Source: an uncultured Actinomycetes bacterium
GTDB lineage: Bacteria; Actinomycetota; Thermoleophilia; Gaiellales; JALYLC01
Assembly (NCBI GenBank): GCA_963743275.1
Contig: CAVUPB010000009.1
Span: forward strand, 156,189 to 220,188
Direction of reading: 5' to 3'
DNA length: 64,000 bases
Shown: positions 52,354 to 60,117 of the stretch, in pieces
Layout: every line of letters begins with the position of its first letter
Position numbering within the stretch: position 1 is the first letter of the stretch
Program-made: the position numbers and the translations under genes
Notes under the pieces: generated by a model
What the model was told of the DNA's origin: nothing
The model's input: only the letters and a program-made list of their open reading frames with translations
Database searches by the model: none

Positions 52354-52872
52354 CTACTGGTGGTTCGGGCCGTCGTCCAGGCCGGAGTGGCGGCCGTGGT
52401 CGTCGCCGATCGGGTCGTCGGTGGGGGTCGTCGCGCCGGCGGTGAGGCCGCCGCGATCGTCGCCGATGGGGTCGTCGCCGGGCTTCGCCGCGCCGGCGGT
52501 GAGGCCGCCGCGGTCGTCGCCGGGCTGGGTGCCGGCGGCGGGGGCCGGGCTCCCGGTGCCGGCGATGCGATCCTCGAGGTGGATGCTCGAGAGGCGCAGG
52601 GTGCCCTTGCGCACTGCGCCCTCGGCCTCGACGCCCGCGCCGACGGCGATGCCGGCGAGCGAGACGTTGCCGCGAGCGAACGTCTTCGACTTCGCGCCGT
52701 TCACGACCGTGACGGCGGTGGCGGTGATCGCGCTCACCGTGCCGGAGATCCGGACGTGGCTCGAGTGCACCTTGAGCGAGGACTTGTGATGGGCGTCCGG
52801 CGTCTGTGTGGCGCCGGCGGCGGCCGGCACGCTGAGTGCTGCAAGTGCGAGAACGAGGGTGAAGCGCTTCAT
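52354..52872 (-). CDS. Secreted protein with C-terminal 19-aa tandem repeats
   Basis: GGAGGA RBS and signal peptide MKRFTLVLALAALSVPAAAGA. The tail has GDDRGGLTAGAAKPGDDPI / GDDRGGLTAGATTPTDDPI / GDDHGRHSGLDDG (57-nt DNA period, 52432 and 52489). Confidence 0.7.
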   Translation of the reverse strand: MKRFTLVLALAALSVPAAAGATQTPDAHHKSSLKVHSSHVRISGTVSAITATAVTVVNGAKSKTFARGNVSLAGIAVGAGVEAEGAVRKGTLRLSSIHLEDRIAGTGSPAPAAGTQPGDDRGGLTAGAAKPGDDPIGDDRGGLTAGATTPTDDPIGDDHGRHSGLDDGPNHQ

Positions 52873-52995
52873 CGGATCTCCTCCGGGATCGTGCGCTCGA
52901 CGGTGTGTCGTGCGCTGATCACCAGGTTGTCCGAGCGCCGGTCCGCATCTCAATGCGACATTGGTCGCACGGCCGGCTGCGACCCATCGGTACTG

Positions 52996-53024
52996 TTGAC
53001 AATTGCCAACAGAAGGGCTAGGTT
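52996..53024 (+). promoter_or_regulatory. Candidate promoter: -35 TTGACA, 17-nt spacer, -10 TAGGTT, 7 nt before GTG 53032
   Basis: Consensus -35 hexamer at 52996-53001 and TAnnnT at 53019-53024, in a low-GC patch. The geometry implies a leaderless transcript. Confidence 0.4.
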
Positions 53025-53031
53025 GTGGCGG

Positions 53032-53265
53032 GTGCCGCCTCGGCCCCGCCATCCGAAGAAGGAAGTCGAAGAAGCCTTGCAGTACGCCGAGTCACGCGGT
53101 TTCACGATCGAAGCCGGACGCGCGGGCCACGCCTGGGGTCGTGGCGTCTGCACCGGCGGATGCTCGTTCTCCGTGTGGAGCACGCCGAGAAATGCAGGGA
53201 ATGCCGCGAAGCAGATATGCAGAGTCGCGGGGCGCTGCGACCACCACGAATCCGAGCCCGAATGA
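53032..53265 (+). CDS. Small HicA-like protein (putative toxin of a two-gene module)
   Basis: VPPRPRHPKKEVEEALQYAESRGFTIEAGRAGHAWGRGVC..CSFSVWSTPRNAGNAAKQI resembles the HicA layout (small alpha/beta protein with a G-H motif). An alternative TTG 53023 start exists. Stop overlaps the next ATG (ATGA). Confidence 0.45.
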   Translation: MPPRPRHPKKEVEEALQYAESRGFTIEAGRAGHAWGRGVCTGGCSFSVWSTPRNAGNAAKQICRVAGRCDHHESEPE

Positions 53266-53819
53266 CCACGCATGCCTTCACCCTGGTCGTCGCCGGTCCT
53301 GACCTGCAGGAGCCGAGCCGATTGGACGCGCTGTTCGAGGCGGGCTGTGACGATGCAACCTTCGGTCGCCAGTCGGGACTCCAGATTGCAGAATTCGATC
53401 GAGAGGCGGAGAGCCTTGCCGATGCCGTCCGGAGCGCCGTGGTCGCGATCGAGAAGACGGTCGAGGGCGCGCGTGTTTTCGCCGTGCAGCCCAGCGAATT
53501 CGTGACACAGGCGGCGATCGCCGAGCGGATCGGCCGAACGCGCGAAAGCGTGCGCCTTCTCATCGAAGGCCGCAGGGGGCCAGGCAATTTTCCGGCGCCG
53601 CTCGCGGTGCTGGCCGATACCCGTCCGGTCTACGCGTGGACGCTGGTCGTCCGCTGGCTCGCCGAGTACGACAGGACGATTCCGCGAGATGCCGTGGAGT
53701 CGGCAGATGTTCTCGCAGCCATGAACGACGCGCTGTCAGCCGCAGCGAGCGACGAGGCGAGCAAGCGGCGCCGCGCATTGGCGAGGAGATTCCGGCACGA
53801 GATCCACTCGCAGACGTAG
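53262..53819 (+). CDS. DNA-binding protein (N-terminal alpha/beta domain + HTH), putative antitoxin partner
   Basis: 185 aa. AFTLVVAGPDLQEPSRLDALFEAGCDDATFG... then HTH VTQAAIAERIGRTRESVRLLIEG. Translationally coupled to the upstream small gene. Confidence 0.55.
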   Translation: MTTHAFTLVVAGPDLQEPSRLDALFEAGCDDATFGRQSGLQIAEFDREAESLADAVRSAVVAIEKTVEGARVFAVQPSEFVTQAAIAERIGRTRESVRLLIEGRRGPGNFPAPLAVLADTRPVYAWTLVVRWLAEYDRTIPRDAVESADVLAAMNDALSAAASDEASKRRRALARRFRHEIHSQT

Positions 53820-53827
53820 CCGCCGGC

Positions 53828-54784
53828 TCAGGCGAACCAGTCGCGCGGCGGCGCGGCGACCGTGCCGATGCGGTCGCGCCAGGGGCGGCCGCTCTGCGCG
53901 ATGTCGCGCAGCGAGTGCAGGAGCGGCACGCCGACGCGCCGCAGCCAGGTCTCGGTCTCGTCGTCGTCGCCGATCACGCCCGTCCAGAGCGTGCGGCCGG
54001 CGATGAAGCCCGAGGCGCCTGCGCGGCAGGCGATGCGGAGGTCGCGCGTGAACACCTCGGGCGAGCCGCCGCCGCCCAGCAGCACCCACGGCGTCGGGCC
54101 GCAGGCCACGTCGAGCTGCTTGCACCAGTCGGACTCGTCGCCGCGGTCGTCGCGCGGGAACTGCACCTTGAGGATGTCGGGCCCGAGCGCCTGCAGGCGC
54201 GTCGCGGCCGCGACGACGAGCGCGGGGAATGCCGCGGCGAACGCCTCCGGCGCCTCCTCCGGCAGGGCGTAGACGATCGGCTCGAGGATCAGGGGCAGCC
54301 CCTCGGCGTGGCAGCCGGCGACGGCCTCGCGCACGACCTCGTCCTGCCGCGACGCCGAGGCCTCGTGATCGGGCCGGTAGGGCAGGAGCAGCTTGCAGCC
54401 GGCCGCTCCGAGCGTGCGGGCGAGTGCGGGCGAGAACCCCGGCAGGAAGGACGTGACCCGGCCGGCGGCGACATCCTCGTAGCCCTGCGCCTCGAGCGGC
54501 ACGACGATGCCGCAGGGCCCCGCGGCGCCCTGCGCGATGGCCGGTGCGCCGAGCTCGACGTCGATCAGGAGGCCCGTCGCATGCGGCGCGAGCGCGCGCG
54601 CGATCGTCGTCTTGAGCTCGGCGATCCGCTCGGGAGACGGCGCCGGGTAGCCCGCCGCCTCGAACGCGACGCCGAGCGAATCGCGGTGGTCGATCGCCGC
54701 GAGCGCGAAGATCCCGCGCGTGTCGCTGAGCGTGTCGAGGCCGCGCAGGCGCCCGAGGCTGCCGGCTGTCTCGCGGGCGGTCAT
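53828..54784 (-). CDS. Class I aldolase of the LacD/DUF2090 family (candidate 5-dehydro-2-deoxyphosphogluconate aldolase)
   Basis: GIFALAAIDHRDSL, CKLLLPYRPD and LKVQFP motifs of the tagatose-bisphosphate-aldolase-like fold. Lies near the iolCBD genes. Confidence 0.65.
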   Translation of the reverse strand: MTARETAGSLGRLRGLDTLSDTRGIFALAAIDHRDSLGVAFEAAGYPAPSPERIAELKTTIARALAPHATGLLIDVELGAPAIAQGAAGPCGIVVPLEAQGYEDVAAGRVTSFLPGFSPALARTLGAAGCKLLLPYRPDHEASASRQDEVVREAVAGCHAEGLPLILEPIVYALPEEAPEAFAAAFPALVVAAATRLQALGPDILKVQFPRDDRGDESDWCKQLDVACGPTPWVLLGGGGSPEVFTRDLRIACRAGASGFIAGRTLWTGVIGDDDETETWLRRVGVPLLHSLRDIAQSGRPWRDRIGTVAAPPRDWFA

Positions 54785-54842
54785 GATCGTCTGCGCTCTT
54801 CCATCGGCCGCCCATCGTAACCCGACGGCCCGCGCGCCACGG

Positions 54843-55286
54843 CTAGTTGCCGGGCCGGTCGCCCGGTGGCTGTGCGAGATGCTGCGAGAGCGCCTGCGTC
54901 AGCTCGAGCGTCTGGGTCTGCAGGCCGTGGATCTGCTGCGAGAGGTCGTGGATCCGCTGCGTGAGGTCGAGCAGGTGCTGGTTCTGGTCGTCTTCCTTCT
55001 GGATGATCTCCCACTCGTGCTGGCTGAGGACTTCGCGCTTCGCGTCGGCACGGTTCTGCGAGATCATCACGAACGTCGAGAGGAAGATCGCCTCGAGCGA
55101 GACGATCATCGTCAGCAGCCCGAACGGGTAGCTCTCGACCCGGAGGGCGATCCAGATCGCGAACCAGGCGATGTGGACGTAGACGAAGATCATCGAGCCC
55201 GCGAAGGCGGTGATCCCGTCGGCCACGCGGTTCTGCAGGCTCTGCGCGCGCTGCTCGGCGTACTTCGTCAGGGCGGGATGTGGCAT
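54843..55286 (-). CDS. DUF1003 family membrane protein (second copy)
   Basis: YPFGLLTMIVSLEAIFLSTFVMISQNRAD core and a coiled-coil-like Q/L-rich tail. ATG 55286 preferred over track start 55352. Confidence 0.8.
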   Translation of the reverse strand: MPHPALTKYAEQRAQSLQNRVADGITAFAGSMIFVYVHIAWFAIWIALRVESYPFGLLTMIVSLEAIFLSTFVMISQNRADAKREVLSQHEWEIIQKEDDQNQHLLDLTQRIHDLSQQIHGLQTQTLELTQALSQHLAQPPGDRPGN

Positions 55287-55435
55287 ACGGCGCAGGGTAG
55301 TAGGGGTGCGTCTCGGCAGACCCGTGGCGCCTGGCGCCTCCTCGAGCCTCACACGGAGCCACGCTCGAGCCGATGAGATCCGCGCCTCGGTGCGGTCATG
55401 ACGAGAATGACCGCGAGGAGAGAAAGGACGAGCCC

Positions 55436-56065
55436 ATGAAGCTGACGACCATGACGCAGGTCACCGTCGATGGGGTGATGCAGGGCAACGGCGGCGCGTC
55501 GGATGAGGACCGCAGGAACGGATTCGAGCGCGGCGGTTGGGCGATGGGGGTGGGCGACGACGAGACCATGGCGTTCATCAGCCAGACCTACCGGCGCGCC
55601 GACGCGTTCCTGTTCGGCCGGCGGACCTACGAGCTCTTCGCCGGCTACTGGGGCGCGGAGGAGCGGGCTCGCGCCGCGGCGGAGGATCCGGGCAACCACC
55701 CGATCGCAGCTGCCTTGAACACGAAGCCCAAGTACCTCGCATCGAGCACGCTCAGCGAACCGCGCTGGGCGAACACGACCGTCCTCTCGGGTGACCTCGC
55801 GGCTGCCATCGGCGAGCTGAAGGCCACGCCGAGGGGTGAGCTGCAGGTGCACGGCAGCGGTGCCCTGATCCGCTGGCTGCTCGCAAACGGCCTCGTCGAC
55901 GAGATCAACCTGCTCATCGTCCCCGTCGTCCTCGGCCAGGGCATGCGGCTATTCCCCGACGCCGGCCCGGACATCGCGCTCGACCTCGTCGACTCGCGAG
56001 CCGACTCGAAGGGCGTGACGATCCAGGTCTACCGGCCCAACGGGCGCCCGCAGTACGCCGACTGA
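55436..56065 (+). CDS. Dihydrofolate-reductase-like (RibD C-terminal domain) family protein
   Basis: AAAGGA RBS. TQVTVDGVMQG...FLFGRRTYELFAGYW...LQVHGSGALIRWLL...DEINLLIVPVVLGQG. Confidence 0.85.
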   Translation: MKLTTMTQVTVDGVMQGNGGASDEDRRNGFERGGWAMGVGDDETMAFISQTYRRADAFLFGRRTYELFAGYWGAEERARAAAEDPGNHPIAAALNTKPKYLASSTLSEPRWANTTVLSGDLAAAIGELKATPRGELQVHGSGALIRWLLANGLVDEINLLIVPVVLGQGMRLFPDAGPDIALDLVDSRADSKGVTIQVYRPNGRPQYAD

Positions 56066-56212
56066 AGCACGTGACACAGGTGCCGCAGTCGGTGAGGGTC
56101 GATCATGGGCGGGTGCGGGCCGCAGCGTGGACAGCCGGCGCCTTCGAGCCCCCGACCACGAACGCGACTCCTGAATTCGGTTCTCGGGCGTGCGCAGGCG
56201 CAGAGGTTCTGC

Positions 56213-56243
56213 TTGTAATGGGAATGAGTATCGATTAAATTCT
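56213..56243 (+). promoter_or_regulatory. AT-rich box TTGTAATGGGAATGAGTATCGATTAAATTCT: candidate Fur/Zur operator overlapping -10 TAAATT (56236-56241), 6 nt before GTG 56248
   Basis: The only strongly AT-rich stretch for kilobases. Partial dyad TAAT...ATTA. Sits directly in front of the metal ABC operon, and a Fur-family gene lies at the other end of the operon. Confidence 0.3.
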
Positions 56244-56247
56244 GCCC

Positions 56248-58005
56248 GTGCTCGACCCCTTCCAGCTCGAGTTCGTCCAGCGCGGGGTGCTCGAGGTGCT
56301 GCTGCTGTCGGGCGCGGCCGGCCTGCTCGGCACCTGGATCGTGATGCGCGGCCTCTCGTTCTACGCGCACGCAGTGGGCACGGCGGCGTTCCCCGGCCTC
56401 GTGCTCGCCGACGGCCTCGGCTTCTCGGCTCCCCTCGGAGCCTTCGCGGCCGCGCTCGTCTTCGCGTTCGGCGTCGAGCGCCTGGCGCGGCGGCCGCGCG
56501 CGGGCTACGACAGCCTCACGGCCCTGGTCCTCGTCGCGGCGCTCGCGGGCGGGGTCGTGCTCGCGAGCGACGTCTTCCAGTCGGGCGGCAATGTCGACTC
56601 GCTGCTGTTCGGCAGCCTGCTGCTCACGGGCACGCGCGATCTCGTGCTCGCCGGAATCGCCAGCGCCGCGGCGATCGCCGCCACGCTGGCGCTCGGCCCG
56701 CGCTGGCTCGCGCGCGGCTTCGACCCGGTCGCGGCTCGTTCGATGGGCCTGCGCTCGCAATGGCCCGACGCGCTCTTGCTCGTGCTGATCGCGTTCGCCG
56801 TGGTCGCCTCCCTGACGGCGATCGGCGCCCTGCTCGCGACCGCGCTGTTCGTCGTGCCGGCGGCGACCATGCGGCTGTGGACGGGGCGACTCGCCGTCTG
56901 GCAGGGCGGCGCGGTCGCGCTGGCCGCCGCGCAGGGCATCGCCGGACTCTGGCTCTCGGTCGAGCTGAACACGCCGCCCGGGCCGACCGTCGCCGTGCTG
57001 GGCGGCGCGCTCTTCGCGCTGTCGCTCGCACGCGAGCCGATCGCGGCCGTCGTGCGCGGGCGCGCCGCGCTCGCCGGGACGGCCATCCTGCTCGCGCTCG
57101 CCCTGACGGCCTGCGGCGGCGGCGCGGCGCCGAAGAGCTCCGGCCCCGACGTCGTCGCGACCACGACGCAGATCGGCGACTGGGCGCGGGCAGTGGCCGG
57201 CGATGCGGCGAACGTGCACCAGATCCTCCGTCCCAACACGGATCCGCACGAGTACGAGCCGCGCCCCGCCGACGTGGAGGCCGTCGCGGGCGCGAAGCTC
57301 GTGCTCGAGAACGGCGATGGCCTCGACGCCTGGATGGGCACCGTGCTCTCGAACGCGGGCGGCTCGCCCGTCGTCGTCGACCTCGGCGCGAAGGTGCCGG
57401 TGCGGCTGCCGGGCGAGAGCTCCGGCTCGGAGGCGTCGCGCTACGACCCGCACTGGTGGCACGACCCGCGCAACGCCGAGGCCGCCGTCGGGGCGATTCG
57501 CTCGGCGCTCGCCGCCGCCGACCCGGGGGCCGCGGCGACCTACCGGGCGAACGCGAGCGCCTATCTGCGGCGCCTGCGCGCGCTCGACGCCGGCATTCGC
57601 GCCTGCATGGCGAGCGTGCCCGCGGCGCAGCGCAGGCTCGTCTCCGACCACGACGCGTTCGGCTACTTCGCGCACCGCTACGGCATCGCCGTCGTCGGCG
57701 CCGTGATCCCGTCGCAGACGACCCAGGCGCAGGCCTCCGCCGGCGACATCGCGGCGCTCGTGCGCCTCGTGCGCCGCGAGGGCGTGCGCGCGATCTTCCC
57801 CGAGCATGCTCTCAGCCCGAAGCTGGCCGAGCAGATCGCCCGCGAGACGGGCGCGCGCGCCGGCGCGGAGCTCTACGGCGACTCGCTCGGCGCGAGCGAC
57901 TCGCGCGGCGCGACGTACCTCGCCATGGAGCAGGCGAATGCCGATGCCATGACGCGCGGCTTCACGGGCGGCGCCCGCGGCTGCCGCATCGAGGGCCTCG
58001 CGTGA
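56248..58005 (+). CDS. Metal (Zn/Mn-type) ABC transporter: ABC-3 permease fused in-frame to TroA/ZnuA-type substrate-binding lipoprotein
   Basis: First ~285 aa are an ABC-3 permease. Then VRGRAALAGTAILLALALTACGGG (complete lipoprotein signal + lipobox) and an SBP with DPHEYEP, DPHWWHD and SDHDAFGYF motifs. There is no stop between the two parts. Confidence 0.8.
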   Translation: MLDPFQLEFVQRGVLEVLLLSGAAGLLGTWIVMRGLSFYAHAVGTAAFPGLVLADGLGFSAPLGAFAAALVFAFGVERLARRPRAGYDSLTALVLVAALAGGVVLASDVFQSGGNVDSLLFGSLLLTGTRDLVLAGIASAAAIAATLALGPRWLARGFDPVAARSMGLRSQWPDALLLVLIAFAVVASLTAIGALLATALFVVPAATMRLWTGRLAVWQGGAVALAAAQGIAGLWLSVELNTPPGPTVAVLGGALFALSLAREPIAAVVRGRAALAGTAILLALALTACGGGAAPKSSGPDVVATTTQIGDWARAVAGDAANVHQILRPNTDPHEYEPRPADVEAVAGAKLVLENGDGLDAWMGTVLSNAGGSPVVVDLGAKVPVRLPGESSGSEASRYDPHWWHDPRNAEAAVGAIRSALAAADPGAAATYRANASAYLRRLRALDAGIRACMASVPAAQRRLVSDHDAFGYFAHRYGIAVVGAVIPSQTTQAQASAGDIAALVRLVRREGVRAIFPEHALSPKLAEQIARETGARAGAELYGDSLGASDSRGATYLAMEQANADAMTRGFTGGARGCRIEGLA

Positions 58006-58760
58006 GGCTCGTCGCCGCCGAGGGGCTCGCCGTCGGCTACGGCGGGCGGCCCGTGCTGGAGGGTCTCGAGTTCAGCGTCGAGCCCGGCCAGCGGCTCGGC
58101 GTCCTCGGCCCGAACGGCGGCGGCAAGTCGACGCTCCTGCGCGCGCTGCTCGGCGAGCTGCCGCCGCTCGCGGGCCGGCTCGAGCTGTCGGCGCGCTGCA
58201 GCGTCGTGCCGCAGACCGAGCGCTCGCGTCTCGACTACCCGGTCACGGCGCTCGACGTGGCGGTCATGGGCTCGGTCGCGCAGCTCCCGTGGTGGCGCCG
58301 CCCGGGACGCCACGAGCGCAGGCGTGCGCTCGAGGCGCTCGCGGAGGTGCGCCTCGCGGAGCTCGCGGGGCGCTCGTTCGGCGAGCTCTCGGGCGGCCAG
58401 CGCCAGCGCGTGCTGGTGGCGCGCGCGCTCGTCCAGGATGCCGCCCTCGTGCTGCTCGACGAGCCGTTCACGGGCGTCGACTCCGCCAGCGCCGAGGTGC
58501 TCGCAGCGCTCATCGACCGCCTCGCGGGCGAGGGCCGCGGCGTGCTCGTCGCGACGCACGACGTCGACCAGGCGCGCGGCTTCGACCGCGTGCTCTGCCT
58601 CAACGGCCGCCAGGTCGCGTTCGGGCCGCCGAGCGTGCTGACCCTCCCCGTGCTCGAGGCGACGTACGGCGGCGAGATCGTCGAGGTCGGCGACAGCGAC
58701 CACCCTGGGCGCGGGATCCTGCCGGCACACCACCACGACCACGGCGACGGGCATGACTGA
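58002..58760 (+). CDS. Metal ABC transporter ATP-binding protein with His-rich tail
   Basis: GTGA overlap. GPNGGGKST, LSGGQRQR and LLLDEP motifs. C-terminus PAHHHDHGDGHD. Confidence 0.9.
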   Translation: MRLVAAEGLAVGYGGRPVLEGLEFSVEPGQRLGVLGPNGGGKSTLLRALLGELPPLAGRLELSARCSVVPQTERSRLDYPVTALDVAVMGSVAQLPWWRRPGRHERRRALEALAEVRLAELAGRSFGELSGGQRQRVLVARALVQDAALVLLDEPFTGVDSASAEVLAALIDRLAGEGRGVLVATHDVDQARGFDRVLCLNGRQVAFGPPSVLTLPVLEATYGGEIVEVGDSDHPGRGILPAHHHDHGDGHD

Positions 58761-59577
58761 CGCGTGGAACTGGCTGAGCGAGCCGTGGACGCAGGCCTTC
58801 ATGCAGCATGCGTTCCTCGAGGTCGCGCTCGTCGGCCTCGTGGGCGGCTGGCTCGGCTGCTGGGTGCTGCTCTACGGCGTCTCCTACAGCGCCGAGAGCC
58901 TGTCGCACGGCATGTTCCCGGGGCTCGTCGGCGCCTCGCTGCTCGGGCTGCCGCTGGTCGCCGGCGGTGCCGTCGGCGCGGGCGCGGCCGCGAGCGGCAT
59001 CGCGAGCCTCGGCAGCCGCCGGGGGATCGACCGCGACACGTCCGTCGGCGTCGTGATCACGTCGGCGTTCGGCCTCGGCGCGCTGCTCGCGCTCATGCCC
59101 GACTCGCCGCCGGGCATCCAGGAGCTGCTGTTCGGCGACGTGCTGGCGGTGTCGAGGCAGGATCTGGTCGTGACGGCGCTCATCGCCCTGCCGCTGCTGG
59201 CGCTCCTGTGGGTGCTGCACGAGCGCCTGCTGGCCGTGGGCTTCGACCGCTCGTCGGCGCGCGCGATCGGCATCGCGCCGCGCCCGGTCGAGCTGGCAGT
59301 GATGCTGCTCGTGGCCGCGGCCGTCGTCGTCGGCGTGCAGGCGCTCGGCAGCCTGCTCGTCGTCGCCGTCCTCGTCGCTCCTGCGGCCTGCGCGCGCCTG
59401 CTCGCGCACCGCGTCGGGCCGATGCTGTGGGCCGGCATCGCCGTCGCGATCGCGGGCGGCGTCGCCGGCCTCTACCTGTCGTACTACGCGGGCACCGCGG
59501 CCGGCGCCTCGATCGCGCTCTGCCTCGTCGGCGCCTATCTCGCCGCGCTGGCGGTCGACGTCGTGCGCCCCCGCTGA
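58753..59577 (+). CDS. Metal ABC transporter permease (ABC-3 family), second permease
   Basis: 274 aa, paralogous to the first 285 aa of 56248-58005 (FMQHAFLEVALVGLVGGWLG...). Confidence 0.9.
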   Translation: MTDAWNWLSEPWTQAFMQHAFLEVALVGLVGGWLGCWVLLYGVSYSAESLSHGMFPGLVGASLLGLPLVAGGAVGAGAAASGIASLGSRRGIDRDTSVGVVITSAFGLGALLALMPDSPPGIQELLFGDVLAVSRQDLVVTALIALPLLALLWVLHERLLAVGFDRSSARAIGIAPRPVELAVMLLVAAAVVVGVQALGSLLVVAVLVAPAACARLLAHRVGPMLWAGIAVAIAGGVAGLYLSYYAGTAAGASIALCLVGAYLAALAVDVVRPR

Positions 59578-59593
59578 GAGCGCAGCTGCGACC

Positions 59594-59622
59594 GCAACGT
59601 TGGGGTCTGACCCCAACTTTGC
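59594..59622. repeat. REP-like palindrome GCAACGTTGGGGTC-T-GACCCCAACTTTGC (copy 2)
   Basis: Same 17-bp core TTGGGGTCTGACCCCAA and GCAA..TTGC flanks as 6778-6810. Here it lies between convergent 3' ends (59577 and 59639). Confidence 0.85.
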
Positions 59623-59638
59623 GGCCCCGGCGGTCGTC

Positions 59639-60079
59639 CTAGCGGCAGTTCGGGCAGGTGCCGCGCAGCACGACGTCGTGCTCGTCGATCGCGAAGTCGA
59701 GCCGTTGCGAGAGCGTCGCGATCGCCTGCTCCAGGCCATCGTCGGCGAACTGCGCCACGCGCCCGCAGTGGTTGCAGACCACGTGGTGATGGTGCTCGCC
59801 GCCCGGGTGCGCGGCCTCGTAGCGCGCGGTGCCGTCGCCGACGTCGAGGCGGTGAACGAGGCCGAGGCGGTCGAGCACCTCGAGCGCGCGGTAGACGCTC
59901 GCGATGCCCACGCGGGCGTCGTCGGCGCGCAGCTCGTCGGCGATGTCCTGGGCGGTCGCGCAGCAGTCCTGCCGGGCCAGCGCGTCGACCACGCGGCCGC
60001 GGGCGGCGCCGGCGCGGAAGCCCTCGCGCTCGAGCGTCGCGTGCGCATGGGCGCGCCAGCCGTGGTCGTGCGTGCTCAC
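59639..60079 (-). CDS. Fur-family metalloregulator (Zur-like by context)
   Basis: 146 aa. ASVYRALEVLDRLGLVHRL wHTH, HHHHVVCNHCG and CPNC metal-site motifs. GTG 60079. Confidence 0.85.
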   Translation of the reverse strand: MSTHDHGWRAHAHATLEREGFRAGAARGRVVDALARQDCCATAQDIADELRADDARVGIASVYRALEVLDRLGLVHRLDVGDGTARYEAAHPGGEHHHHVVCNHCGRVAQFADDGLEQAIATLSQRLDFAIDEHDVVLRGTCPNCR

Positions 60080-60117
60080 GTCTCGATGGTAGCCGAGACT
60101 CACTATCGCTTGGCTTC

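Noticed and set aside
56190-58001. Upstream 600 codons of the 856-aa ORF 56190-58760
   Set aside because: Arg/Ala-rich artefact overlapping the permease-SBP gene in another frame. Only the last 252 codons (from GTG 58002) encode the ABC ATPase.
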